Origin: Nannocystis bainbridge | GTDB taxonomy: Bacteria > Myxococcota_A > Polyangia > Nannocystales > Nannocystaceae | Direction of reading: 5' to 3' | NCBI RefSeq assembly: GCF_028368995.1 | Contig: NZ_JAQNDL010000001.1 | Coordinates: forward strand, 1,952,001-2,016,000 | DNA: 64,000 bases | Shown here: positions 1-8,137 of the stretch, in pieces | Numbering within the stretch: position 1 is the first letter of the stretch | Layout of the letters: the number at the start of each line of letters is the position of its first letter | The notes under the pieces: model-generated | What the model saw: the letters and a program-made list of their open reading frames with translations, nothing else | Database searches by the model: none | What the model was told of the DNA's origin: nothing | Made by a program: the position numbers and the translations under genes

Positions 1-3000
1 CTGCTGCCATTCGCCGTGCTTCGGGTCGAGCGCCGTCAGCACGCCCACGCGGGCCTCGAACCGCTCGCCCGCGTCGGTCGCCAGCTTCTCGAGCTTCTCC
101 GCCACCTCGAGCCGATCCAGCGTCGCCGCCACGCCGGCCAGGTCGCGCAGGAACTCGCCCTCGCCCGCCTTGTGCAGCTTGGCCGCCGCCTTGACGATCT
201 TCTCGAAGTGCGGCCGCGCCTGCTCCGGGGCCACGCGCGCCAGCGCCAGCAGGTGCGTCGCGCAGCTCGGGTGCTTCGGCGCCAGCTCGGCGGCGAGCGC
301 CTTCTCGGCCCGCGCCGACTCGCCCGCGGCCGCCATCGCCGTCACCAGCCGCGACTGCGCCGCCGTCGTCGAAAGCCCCTCGCTCGCCGCGATCCACGCC
401 TCCGCCTCGTCCCAGGCCTTGAGCGCGATGAGCCGCGCCAGCCCGCGGTCGAGCAGCGAGAACTCGCTGGCCGCCCCGCGCGCCTTCATCTTCTTCAGCA
501 GGTGCTTCAGCTCGGCCACCGACGCGCGCGGGCAGATCGTCGAGAACGCCCGCGGTGTCTCCGTCCACGACGGCTCCTCCTTGCCGTCGGCCAGCACGTC
601 GATCGCCTCGCGGATCCTGCCGACCGCCGTCAACGCCTCGGCGATCGGGCGCCGGTTCTCGCTCGCGTTGTTCTCCGGATCGGCGCCGGCGACCGCCGTC
701 TCCAGCAGCGCCTCGCCGCGTTCGCGCTCGCCGAGCAGCACCCAGCCGGCGCCGATCATCGCCTGCGGCGGCGCCAGCGAGCGCTGCTTGGCCTCTTTCT
801 TCTTCAGCAGCTTCTCTGCCTCGCCCAGCCAGCGGCGCAGCGTGCCCGTCTGCACGTCGGTCAGCGGCGGCCCGGCCGTGCGCCACGCCAGCGCCGCCAC
901 CACCACCTCGCCGCGGGTCGACGCCGCGAACCACGGGTCCTCCCATGTCCACCAGCCATCGGCGCTGTCGACCGCCGCCGCCGCGCGCTCGAACATCCCC
1001 AGCACCATCGACCGCTCGGCCAGCTTCCGCCGGTAATCATTGCCGTGATAGCTCTCGCCGATCCCCTGGACCCCCTTCTCGACCAGCGCCGCCACGTCGT
1101 CGAGCGTGCCGCCCGGCGGCAGCTCCTTCGACTTGGCCGCGCGGACCGGCGCCGCCTTGCCCTTCTTGGCCCCGAACTTGCGCTTGAACCCCGCCGGCGC
1201 CGCCTTGTCGGTCGCTGCCGAAGCCGCGTCGGGCCACACCTTCGCCTCGCCCCAGCGCCACGGCCACGCCCACTTGCGGCCGACGACCCACGCGATCTTG
1301 GCGTCGACCTCCTCCACCGTCGCGCTCGCCTCCGGCGGCCCGATCACCACCCCTTCGGGCAGCGCCGCCGCCACCCGCTCGCCGTCGAGCGGGAACGCCG
1401 GGTTCCAATCCCACGACTCCCCGTAGTCCTCATCGCCGAACATCAACGGGCTCTCGCCGTCGGCCTCGACCGCCGGCAAGAACCGCCCGATCTCCGCCCC
1501 GTCGCGCTCGCGCAGGAACGCCAGCCCCTTCGACGTGTGGCTGACCAGCACCCCGTCGCCGTAGCTCACCCCACCGCTCGGCTCGGCGATGTCGAGCCGC
1601 AGCGTCGGCGTCTCGCCGAGGTCCCACAGCTGCAAGCGACCATTCACCGAGATCGCCGCCGCCTTGCCGTCAGGGCGCCACGCGAAATCGTACGAGCCTT
1701 GCTCGTCCTCGTCCTCGTCCTCCGCGGTCGCCAGCGCCGGCGCGTCCGGGCTGTAGCGGTAATTGCCCCCGTCGTAGATGAAGATCCCCGGCTCCGCGCC
1801 ATACGGATTGCCCGGCGCCACGATCGCCGCCAGGCGCGACCCGTCGCGCGAATAGAGCAGCGACGCCGCCCCCACGTGCATCGGCAGCTTGCCGTTCGGC
1901 TGCCCCGTGCTCGCGTCGTAATAGACGATCCCCGCCGGGTGCATCGCAAACTCGCTGCCGTCGGGCGAGAATGACACCGGTGAGTGGGCCTTCTGCTCCC
2001 ACAGCAGCTTGCCTGTCCGCGAGTCGAGCGCGAACAGCTGCGACCACCCGCTGTAGCCGATGATGCGATCGGAGTGCGACCAGTCGACCCCCTTCATCGG
2101 CTGCAGCCGCGGCTCCGAGTTCGGATCGCTCGGGTCGGACAGGCCCGCCGACTCGCACCACCGCGGCTTCGGGCTGCGCCCCGTCAGCGGCACGATCGCC
2201 CCCAGCGCCAGGTTCGGCCCCCAGCAGGCGATGTACACGTCGCGGCTGTTCGACGACCACGCCCACGACGGCGGCCGGCTCCACCCGTCGGTGACGTACG
2301 CGCATGAATCGGGCTGGCCGCTGGCCGCGAACGGATCGAAGCTGCCGACCCCGTTGGTGTCGAACGCCAGGCCGACGCGCTTGCCATCGGGTCGCCATTG
2401 CACGCAGTCGCCGTAGTCGGGCCAGCCGACGCCGCCGTGGATCCGCAGGATGTTCACGCAGCGACCGGCGCGCACGTCCCAGATCTGCAGCACCCCGCCG
2501 CGCTCGTAGTCGGCCCCGACCCACGACCCGGTGGCGAGGAAGCGCCCGTCGGCCGACAGCGCGCTCCACTCCGGCACGACGTCGTGCCCGTGCGCGTGCC
2601 CCAGCGTCGCCAGCTCCTGCACCCGCGCCGTCGCGGCCCGGTGCGCCGCCGTGATCCCGTGCGCCGCCTCGTGGGCGTACAGCGCCTCGCGCAGCGGCGG
2701 CAGGTCGCGGTCGGCCTCGAACGCATCCCACGGCAGCGCCTCGATCGCCTTCGCCAGCGCCGGCCCAGCCGCGTCCGCGTCGAGCCCCGCGAATTTCGAG
2801 ACCACCGTCGTCGCCGCGGCCGGCTTCGCCGCCGCGTCCTCGCCGGCCAGCACCGCCATCAATTCATCCTCGCCGAGCACCATGATCCCGAGCCGCCCGG
2901 CCGCGTCGATCTTGCTGCCCGCCTTCTCGCCGGCGAACAGGATGTGCGTCGTCTTGCCGACGCTGCTCCCGATCTTGGCCCCGAGCGCCGCCAGCTGCTT

Positions 3001-3075
3001 CTCCGCCTCGGCGCGCTTCAACTTCGAAAAAGTCCCCGTGAGGACGACGGTCTTGCCGCGGACTTCGATGGCCAT
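1..3075 (-). CDS. Large protein (>1025 aa, 3' end outside the window) with an N-terminal LigA-type BRCT domain, probable beta-propeller repeats and a helical C-terminal region
   Basis: Absent from the ORF track, which lists no closed ORF in this frame, consistent with no stop before position 1. Manual translation from ATG 3075 gives MAIEVRGKTVVLTGTFSKLKRAEAEKQLAALGAKIGSSVGKTTHILFAGEKAGSKIDAAGRLGIMVLGEDEL, a classic BRCT. WD40-like segments follow. Confidence 0.8.
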   Translation of the reverse strand, partial: MAIEVRGKTVVLTGTFSKLKRAEAEKQLAALGAKIGSSVGKTTHILFAGEKAGSKIDAAGRLGIMVLGEDELMAVLAGEDAAAKPAAATTVVSKFAGLDADAAGPALAKAIEALPWDAFEADRDLPPLREALYAHEAAHGITAAHRAATARVQELATLGHAHGHDVVPEWSALSADGRFLATGSWVGADYERGGVLQIWDVRAGRCVNILRIHGGVGWPDYGDCVQWRPDGKRVGLAFDTNGVGSFDPFAASGQPDSCAYVTDGWSRPPSWAWSSNSRDVYIACWGPNLALGAIVPLTGRSPKPRWCESAGLSDPSDPNSEPRLQPMKGVDWSHSDRIIGYSGWSQLFALDSRTGKLLWEQKAHSPVSFSPDGSEFAMHPAGIVYYDASTGQPNGKLPMHVGAASLLYSRDGSRLAAIVAPGNPYGAEPGIFIYDGGNYRYSPDAPALATAEDEDEDEQGSYDFAWRPDGKAAAISVNGRLQLWDLGETPTLRLDIAEPSGGVSYGDGVLVSHTSKGLAFLRERDGAEIGRFLPAVEADGESPLMFGDEDYGESWDWNPAFPLDGERVAAALPEGVVIGPPEASATVEEVDAKIAWVVGRKWAWPWRWGEAKVWPDAASAATDKAAPAGFKRKFGAKKGKAAPVRAAKSKELPPGGTLDDVAALVEKGVQGIGESYHGNDYRRKLAERSMVLGMFERAAAAVDSADGWWTWEDPWFAASTRGEVVVAALAWRTAGPPLTDVQTGTLRRWLGEAEKLLKKKEAKQRSLAPPQAMIGAGWVLLGERERGEALLETAVAGADPENNASENRRPIAEALTAVGRIREAIDVLADGKEEPSWTETPRAFSTICPRASVAELKHLLKKMKARGAASEFSLLDRGLARLIALKAWDEAEAWIAASEGLSTTAAQSRLVTAMAAAGESARAEKALAAELAPKHPSCATHLLALARVAPEQARPHFEKIVKAAAKLHKAGEGEFLRDLAGVAATLDRLEVAEKLEKLATDAGERFEARVGVLTALDPKHGEWQQ

Positions 3076-3229
3076 CGCCTCCGGGTCTACCCGTTTTCGC
3101 GCCCTCGATCCATCACCGGAGGAACCCTGCTCGGCGCCAGGTCGCGCCCCTCGGTCTCGCTCGGGCGGATCCTCTGCCGCGCTGGCACCGATGCCGCCGC
3201 CATTGCCTGTCGTTGCAGGCTGCCGCTGC

Positions 3230-3410
3230 GGCCCGCGGTGCATCGCCCACGACTTCACGGGATTCATCCGCGTCGCCGCCATGACCCATGTCCGGATCTC
3301 GACCGGTTACCCACAGCCCAACGGCAAACTCGAACGCTGGCACGAGACCTACAAGTCCACTGCTTTGCGGCCCGCAGCACCCACGACGATCGAAAAGGCC
3401 CGCCGCGGAC
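3230..3410 (+). mobile_element. IS3/IS481-like DDE transposase remnant (integrase core fragment)
   Basis: GPRCIAHDFTGFIRVAAMTHVRISTGYPQPNGKLERWHETYKS matches the (DN)GPQF...PQSNGKxERxH..K integrase-core signature. No N-terminus or terminal repeats are visible. Confidence 0.75.
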
Positions 3411-3460
3411 GCGGCGGCGTCAAAACGCGACGACGCAGCGCACCGTGCCATACTCGAAAA

Positions 3461-4564
3461 ATGCCTCGCCTGCGCATTTGCGTCCTCGTCCTCGCCGCGT
3501 GTGGTCCGCTCTCCGGCGACGGCGGCACGGACACGACGGACACCGAGGAGGGCCCCGGCATGTGCGAGGTGCTGCCGGGCACGGCGATCCACACGGCGAC
3601 CTTCACCGACGCGACGACCCACCTGTACGCGCCGGATCAGCTGGTCGCCGACCAAGCGTTCGTGTACTTCGCCGACGGACGGGCGATCCACCGCGTGCCT
3701 CGCTGTGGCGGCCCGGCAGAGCTGTTGATCGCCGACGCGCGGCCGTTCAACGACGGCCTCGCGCTCGCCGATGGCACGCTCTTCTGGATCGCTGGCGACG
3801 ACGGCACGGTCGGCCCGCGGATCTTGAGCGCGCCGGCGGCTGGCGGCGCGCCGGTCGTGCTCGCCGAGTTCGCCGGTTACGCCCACCGGCTCCGCGTCGA
3901 CGGTGAGACGGTCGTGTGGAACACCGCGGTGTCCGGGTTCCCCGACGAGTCGCAGCTGCTCGCCGTCCCTGTCGACGGCGGCGAGACCCGGGTGCTCGCG
4001 CGTCACCGCCACGGCTGGGACTTCGACCTCGCCGACGGGGTCGTCTACGCCGCCGGCTACCTCCCGGAGTCCGACCCGGCCGCGAGCGACCGCCTGCTGT
4101 TCGCGCTGCCGGTCGCCGGGGGTCCGCCGAGCGTGCTGGTCGAAGGCTTCGGCGACGAGCGCCCGACCGGGGTCGAGGTCGGCGAGCACGTGTACTACTT
4201 CCGGACGCAGGGCACCGACCCCATGGCCATCGAGCGAGTCTCGCGGACCGGCGGCGCGCCGCGAGTCCTCGACCTCGGCGGCGCCGCGCTCCCGGGCGAG
4301 CTGCTCCACGCGGGCGGGCAGCTCTACGGGGTCCACGACAGCGGCGCCGTCGTGCGCATCACCGACGGCATGCCGCCCGACGTGCTCTGGACCGCCGACG
4401 CGATGGCCGTCGCGGGCCCGGTGTTCGGGGACGGCGGTGGGCTGTTCATCGCCGACTCCGCCGTCCGCTGCGTCGAGTGGTACACGGACCCATCGGGCGA
4501 ACCGCCGGGCATGAGCTGCGTGCGCGAGACGATCGACGTCCGGGTGCTCTCGCTCGGCCGCTAG
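3461..4564 (+). CDS. Putative lipoprotein, beta-propeller-like
   Basis: MPRLRICVLVLAAC lipobox, Thr/Asp linker and repeated VY(F/W) strands. C-terminal part of ORF 2531..4564. Confidence 0.7.
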   Translation: MPRLRICVLVLAACGPLSGDGGTDTTDTEEGPGMCEVLPGTAIHTATFTDATTHLYAPDQLVADQAFVYFADGRAIHRVPRCGGPAELLIADARPFNDGLALADGTLFWIAGDDGTVGPRILSAPAAGGAPVVLAEFAGYAHRLRVDGETVVWNTAVSGFPDESQLLAVPVDGGETRVLARHRHGWDFDLADGVVYAAGYLPESDPAASDRLLFALPVAGGPPSVLVEGFGDERPTGVEVGEHVYYFRTQGTDPMAIERVSRTGGAPRVLDLGGAALPGELLHAGGQLYGVHDSGAVVRITDGMPPDVLWTADAMAVAGPVFGDGGGLFIADSAVRCVEWYTDPSGEPPGMSCVRETIDVRVLSLGR

Positions 4565-4590
4565 GCGGCCTGCCTGAGATAGATGCGCGG

Positions 4591-4704
4591 CCGAAGACGC
4601 GGGGCCTGGAGAGCTGGGTGACGGCGCGTCCGAAGACGCGGGGCCTGGAGAGCTGGGTGACGGCGCGTCCGAAGACGCGGGGCCTGGAGAGCTGGGTGAC
4701 GGCG
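4591..4704. repeat. Three tandem copies of a 39-bp unit
   Basis: CCGAAGACGCGGGGCCTGGAGAGCTGGGTGACGGCG starts at 4591, 4630 and 4669. Confidence 0.95.
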
Positions 4705-4894
4705 GGCACGGAGCGGCGGAGCGGGTCCCTCGCCGCGGCGGGGCCCTCCCAGGCAACGTGCTCGGCGCCCTCGGGCTTCGATGGCGACCTGTCGCTTGGG
4801 ACAGGTTCGTGTGCACTTCGCGGACGATGGCGCCTGCGCGCGGTTGCCTGCGGCCGCTCCCACCTGCGTCCCACTCCGCCGCTCCGTGCCCGCC
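4701..4894. repeat. 21-bp perfect inverted repeat flanking about 150 bp (MITE/REPIN-like)
   Basis: GGCGGGCACGGAGCGGCGGAG at 4701-4721 and its reverse complement at 4874-4894. Confidence 0.75.
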
Positions 4895-5103
4895 TGCGGA
4901 GGGCGTCGCCGGCCCCGCTTGTCGCCGCGCGGGTAGCCTCACCGAGCAGCGGCGGATGCGGCGCGACCGACTGCGAAAACAAATTTCGCAGGTTGTGAGC
5001 CATGCAGACGAGGCGCAACTAGCCACGCCTGCGGCCGACGCGAAGGACCCAACGCGTCCACGTCCGTGGCCCACGGCGGCCGCTGCCGACCCAATAGCCC
5101 GAC

Positions 5104-5168
5104 ACTCCGACGAATCCACGGACTCGTCGGAGTAAGCCAATCCTCGCCCTGGCGAGCGCCAGGGCGAG
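5104..5168. other. Two adjacent strong hairpins (terminator, REP-like or ncRNA candidate)
   Basis: ACTCCGACGA...TCGTCGGAGT (5104-5133) and CTCGCCCTGGCG-AG-CGCCAGGGCGAG (5143-5168), in the spacer between convergent genes. Confidence 0.55.
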
Positions 5169-5394
5169 TTCCCCCCGATCCGTCGCGAACGGACCGCGGA
5201 GCTCTTGCGAATGCGCGGACCCGGATCCCGCATCGATTCACGACAGCCGCCACGCTGGCGACGATTCCTACCGCCGATGCACGACCACCGGTATGTAATC
5301 GACGATTCACGCCGACCGCCGACGCGCCGGTTCACGACAGCGCGACCGTCGATCCTCGGCCTCCGAACACGGCCTTCTGCGGCCGCGAGGCGCT

Positions 5395-5679
5395 TCAGTT
5401 CGCCGGACCGGCCTCGGCGCCCTCGCAGGGCACCGCCTCGACGTCGCCGGTCTCGTAGCAGACCCCCTCGACCTCGTCGTACACCATCTCGCGGACCGCC
5501 GACATCTGCTCGGCCTCGACCCCAGGGCATTCGACGCAGTTGTTGCAGACGGACGGCGGCTCCTCCCGCTGGCAGAGGGGCGCGTTGCAACAAATCGCCT
5601 TCGCGGTCTGCGAAGCCAGACCGACCCCGCCGAACGCCAGCACCACAGCCATCAGGGACCACATTTGAGTCAAACGCAT
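5395..5679 (-). CDS. Small secreted Cys-rich protein (94 aa)
   Basis: GGAGG RBS upstream of ATG 5679, signal peptide ending AKA, 8 Cys in the mature part. Confidence 0.7.
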   Translation of the reverse strand: MRLTQMWSLMAVVLAFGGVGLASQTAKAICCNAPLCQREEPPSVCNNCVECPGVEAEQMSAVREMVYDEVEGVCYETGDVEAVPCEGAEAGPAN

Positions 5680-5796
5680 AGAAACCTCCAAAGTGTACCG
5701 CCGTCCCCGACCCATTCGAGCGACGCGGTCCTCATGAGATTCGCAGAATGCAGCGAGGAGTCAAGACCTGTTCGCGACCCGTTGCCTGCAAAATGC

Positions 5797-5938
5797 TTTT
5801 GAAATCACGCCAACAGGCGGCAGCGAGCGAAATCCGCGAGTTTTCAAATCACGCCATTGCGCCGAGCGAACGCCGCGATTTTTGAAATCACGCCACCACG
5901 ACGCCCCGATCGAAGCCCCGATTTTTGAAATCACGCCA
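5797..5938. promoter_or_regulatory. Four spaced direct repeats TTTT(G/C)AAATCACGCCA, probable protein-binding array
   Basis: Core (G/C)AAATCACGCCA at 5801, 5845, 5884 and 5927 (spacing 44/39/43 bp) in a lower-GC divergent intergenic region. Confidence 0.6.
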
Positions 5939-6499
5939 TCACGCCGCCGCGAGCAAAAGCCGTGCTCCTCACGCATCCGCGGCCGAACGGCGAATCCGCC
6001 GACGGCACGCCGTTCCTCGCTCTCGGCGGTCGCACCGCGGCCTCGTCACCCCAACCGACGGCATTCGGACCTCCGCTTGCCTGAACCAAAATGCGCATTG
6101 AGAAGTACCCACATTCTCCCCTCGTCGACGCGTGTACGACCGCCGCCGACGGCTCGCACCCGGGAATCCTCTCAGGCTCATGCGCTCCACAGTTCGGCCC
6201 CCGCAAACTCACTGCATTGCCCACCCATATTTCGAAGTCTCGACCGAACACCCGCGACGACCGGCCTGGCTCTCGCGCCATGTCGCTTGCGCGACGCGGC
6301 TCCATTCTCCGCACGTTCGTTTTTGCGCCTTCACTAAAATTAACGACCCGACACCCTTAAGGACCCCCTCTTCCAACGAAGATATGCCCCATATCCCCGT
6401 TCTTGCGGCTCTACGTCCGCAAATCCGGCCTGGAGCCGAACTGGAGGTCGTTCAGTTTAACTTGCAAGGCATCTTTTTTAATGGATTCCTCCACGCAGC

Positions 6500-7681
6500 A
6501 TGTCCCCTCGCCTCGCCTCGTACGTCCCGCTCGCGGCCGCCCTCGGGCTGACCCTCGCGCCGCGCGGGGTCCTGGCCGCTCCTTGCGCGGATCTCCCGAA
6601 CCCCGTCATCGGCATCGGCGGCAGCGCCAGCAAGCCGCTGCTGGCCAAGGTCGCGGCCGCGCTGCACGCCATCGACGACCCGATCGACCTCGTCTACCAG
6701 AGCCCCGGCGCCTGCTTCGGCATCACCTACTTCGTCGACGGCACCAAGATCACCGGCACCGCCAACTACTGGGACGCTGACGGCGCCGAGCAGACCTGCG
6801 ACCTCGCCCTGACCGGCACCGAGCCCGATTTCGGCATGCTCGGCGTCAAGGGCACCCTGTGCGAGGGCGTCGACGCCATCCCCGACGGCATCGCCGAGTT
6901 CCCGGGCCCGATCACCTCGTGGAGCCTCATCGCCTCCAACAACTCGAGCCAGACCACCATCAGCGCCGCCGCGGTCTACTTCGTCTACGGCTTCGGCGCC
7001 GCGCTCGGCCAGGTCGCCCCGTGGACCGTCGACGCCGAGCTTTACAGCCGCAACGCCACCTCGGCCGCGCTGATCGCCATCGCCCTCGGCGCCGGCATCC
7101 CGCCGACAAAGTTCAAGGGCAACGACGTCGGCACCAACCAGGCCATGATCTCGGGCGTCGGCCAGTCGGTCAACCCCGAGGCCGCGCTCGGCTTCGTCAG
7201 CACCGAGGTCGCCGACCTCAACCGCGACACCGTCCACACGCTCGCCTACCAGGCCCGCGACCAGACCTGCGCCTACTGGCCCGATTCGACGGCCACCGGG
7301 TTCGACAAGCGCAACGTCCGCGACGGCCACTACGACCTGTGGAGCCCCTACAACTTCTACGCCCCGGTCGGCGGCGACGGCGTGATCACAAACCCCGAGA
7401 CCCGCCGCCTGGTCGGCTTCTTCACCGGCGAAGAGCCGCTGCCCGATGGCCTGCCGCTGCTCGACATCATCATCGACAACGGCACCATCCCGCAGTGCGC
7501 GATGCAGGTGTGGCGCGACGAGGAGATCGGGCCGCTCTACAGCCTCCAGCCCGACGCGCCGTGCGGCTGCTACTACGAGTCACGGGCCGCGGGCGGGACC
7601 GACTGCCACGCGTGCGCGGGCGACGGTGACTGCTCTGCCGACGCGCCGGTCTGCCGCCACGGTTACTGCGAGGTGATCTGA
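6500..7681 (+). CDS. Secreted PstS/PBP-like substrate-binding protein with Cys-rich C-terminus
   Basis: Signal peptide, IGIGGSAS N-terminal loop, YSRNATSA (compare RxxxSGT of PstS-type proteins), VRDGHYDLWSPYNFY (compare GxYPLxRxL), Cys-rich tail. Confidence 0.6.
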   Translation: MSPRLASYVPLAAALGLTLAPRGVLAAPCADLPNPVIGIGGSASKPLLAKVAAALHAIDDPIDLVYQSPGACFGITYFVDGTKITGTANYWDADGAEQTCDLALTGTEPDFGMLGVKGTLCEGVDAIPDGIAEFPGPITSWSLIASNNSSQTTISAAAVYFVYGFGAALGQVAPWTVDAELYSRNATSAALIAIALGAGIPPTKFKGNDVGTNQAMISGVGQSVNPEAALGFVSTEVADLNRDTVHTLAYQARDQTCAYWPDSTATGFDKRNVRDGHYDLWSPYNFYAPVGGDGVITNPETRRLVGFFTGEEPLPDGLPLLDIIIDNGTIPQCAMQVWRDEEIGPLYSLQPDAPCGCYYESRAAGGTDCHACAGDGDCSADAPVCRHGYCEVI

Positions 7682-7729
7682 CCCTTGCGACCTGTCCCTC
7701 GCGCCATCCGCCAAGCCTCCAGGAGCCCC

Positions 7730-8137
7730 ATGCCCATCGCCTCCCTCCCCGCCCGCGCCCTCGTCCTCGCGCTCGCCGTCGGCCTCGTCGGCGCCTGTTC
7801 GAACGAGCAGGTCCAGCCGCCCGGCGACGACACCGACGACCCCGCGACCTCGGCCACGCCGACCAGCAACACCACCGACCCCGGCACCACCACCGAGGAC
7901 CCGACCGGGACCTCGACCAGCGAGGGCTCGACCACCGACGAGCCGACCGACCCACCCACCAGCACCACCGGCGACCCCGCCGAGTGCGAGACCCCGGAAG
8001 GCTGCTGGAGCTGCCCGCCCACGACGCACAAGCAGCACCTGAGCGCGTGCTCCGACGCGACCTGTGAGCCCTTCCCCAACACGAAGGACCGCCTCCCGCT
8101 GCTCAAGGACGACGGGACGCTGCCGCCGCTGCCGTGA
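7730..8137 (+). CDS. Small Thr-rich, Cys-containing lipoprotein
   Basis: AGGAG RBS, LVGAC lipobox, Thr-rich linker. Stop overlaps the next start (GTGA). Confidence 0.75.
   Translation: MPIASLPARALVLALAVGLVGACSNEQVQPPGDDTDDPATSATPTSNTTDPGTTTEDPTGTSTSEGSTTDEPTDPPTSTTGDPAECETPEGCWSCPPTTHKQHLSACSDATCEPFPNTKDRLPLLKDDGTLPPLP

Noticed and set aside
16-1974. 652-aa plus-strand ORF
   Set aside because: Arg-rich antisense shadow of the minus-strand BRCT gene, typical of high-GC DNA.
4900-5200. Retron msr-msd or tRNA
   Set aside because: Hairpins are present, but there is no reverse transcriptase nearby and no cloverleaf or T-loop consensus.
5797-5938. CRISPR array
   Set aside because: The repeat is only 16-23 bp and non-palindromic, spacing is irregular, spacers are short and no cas genes are in the window. 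Kept only as a repeat array.
6325-6360. Pho box upstream of the PstS-like gene
   Set aside because: TTCAC/TTAAC half-sites are 10 bp apart rather than 11 and match weakly, so the evidence is insufficient.
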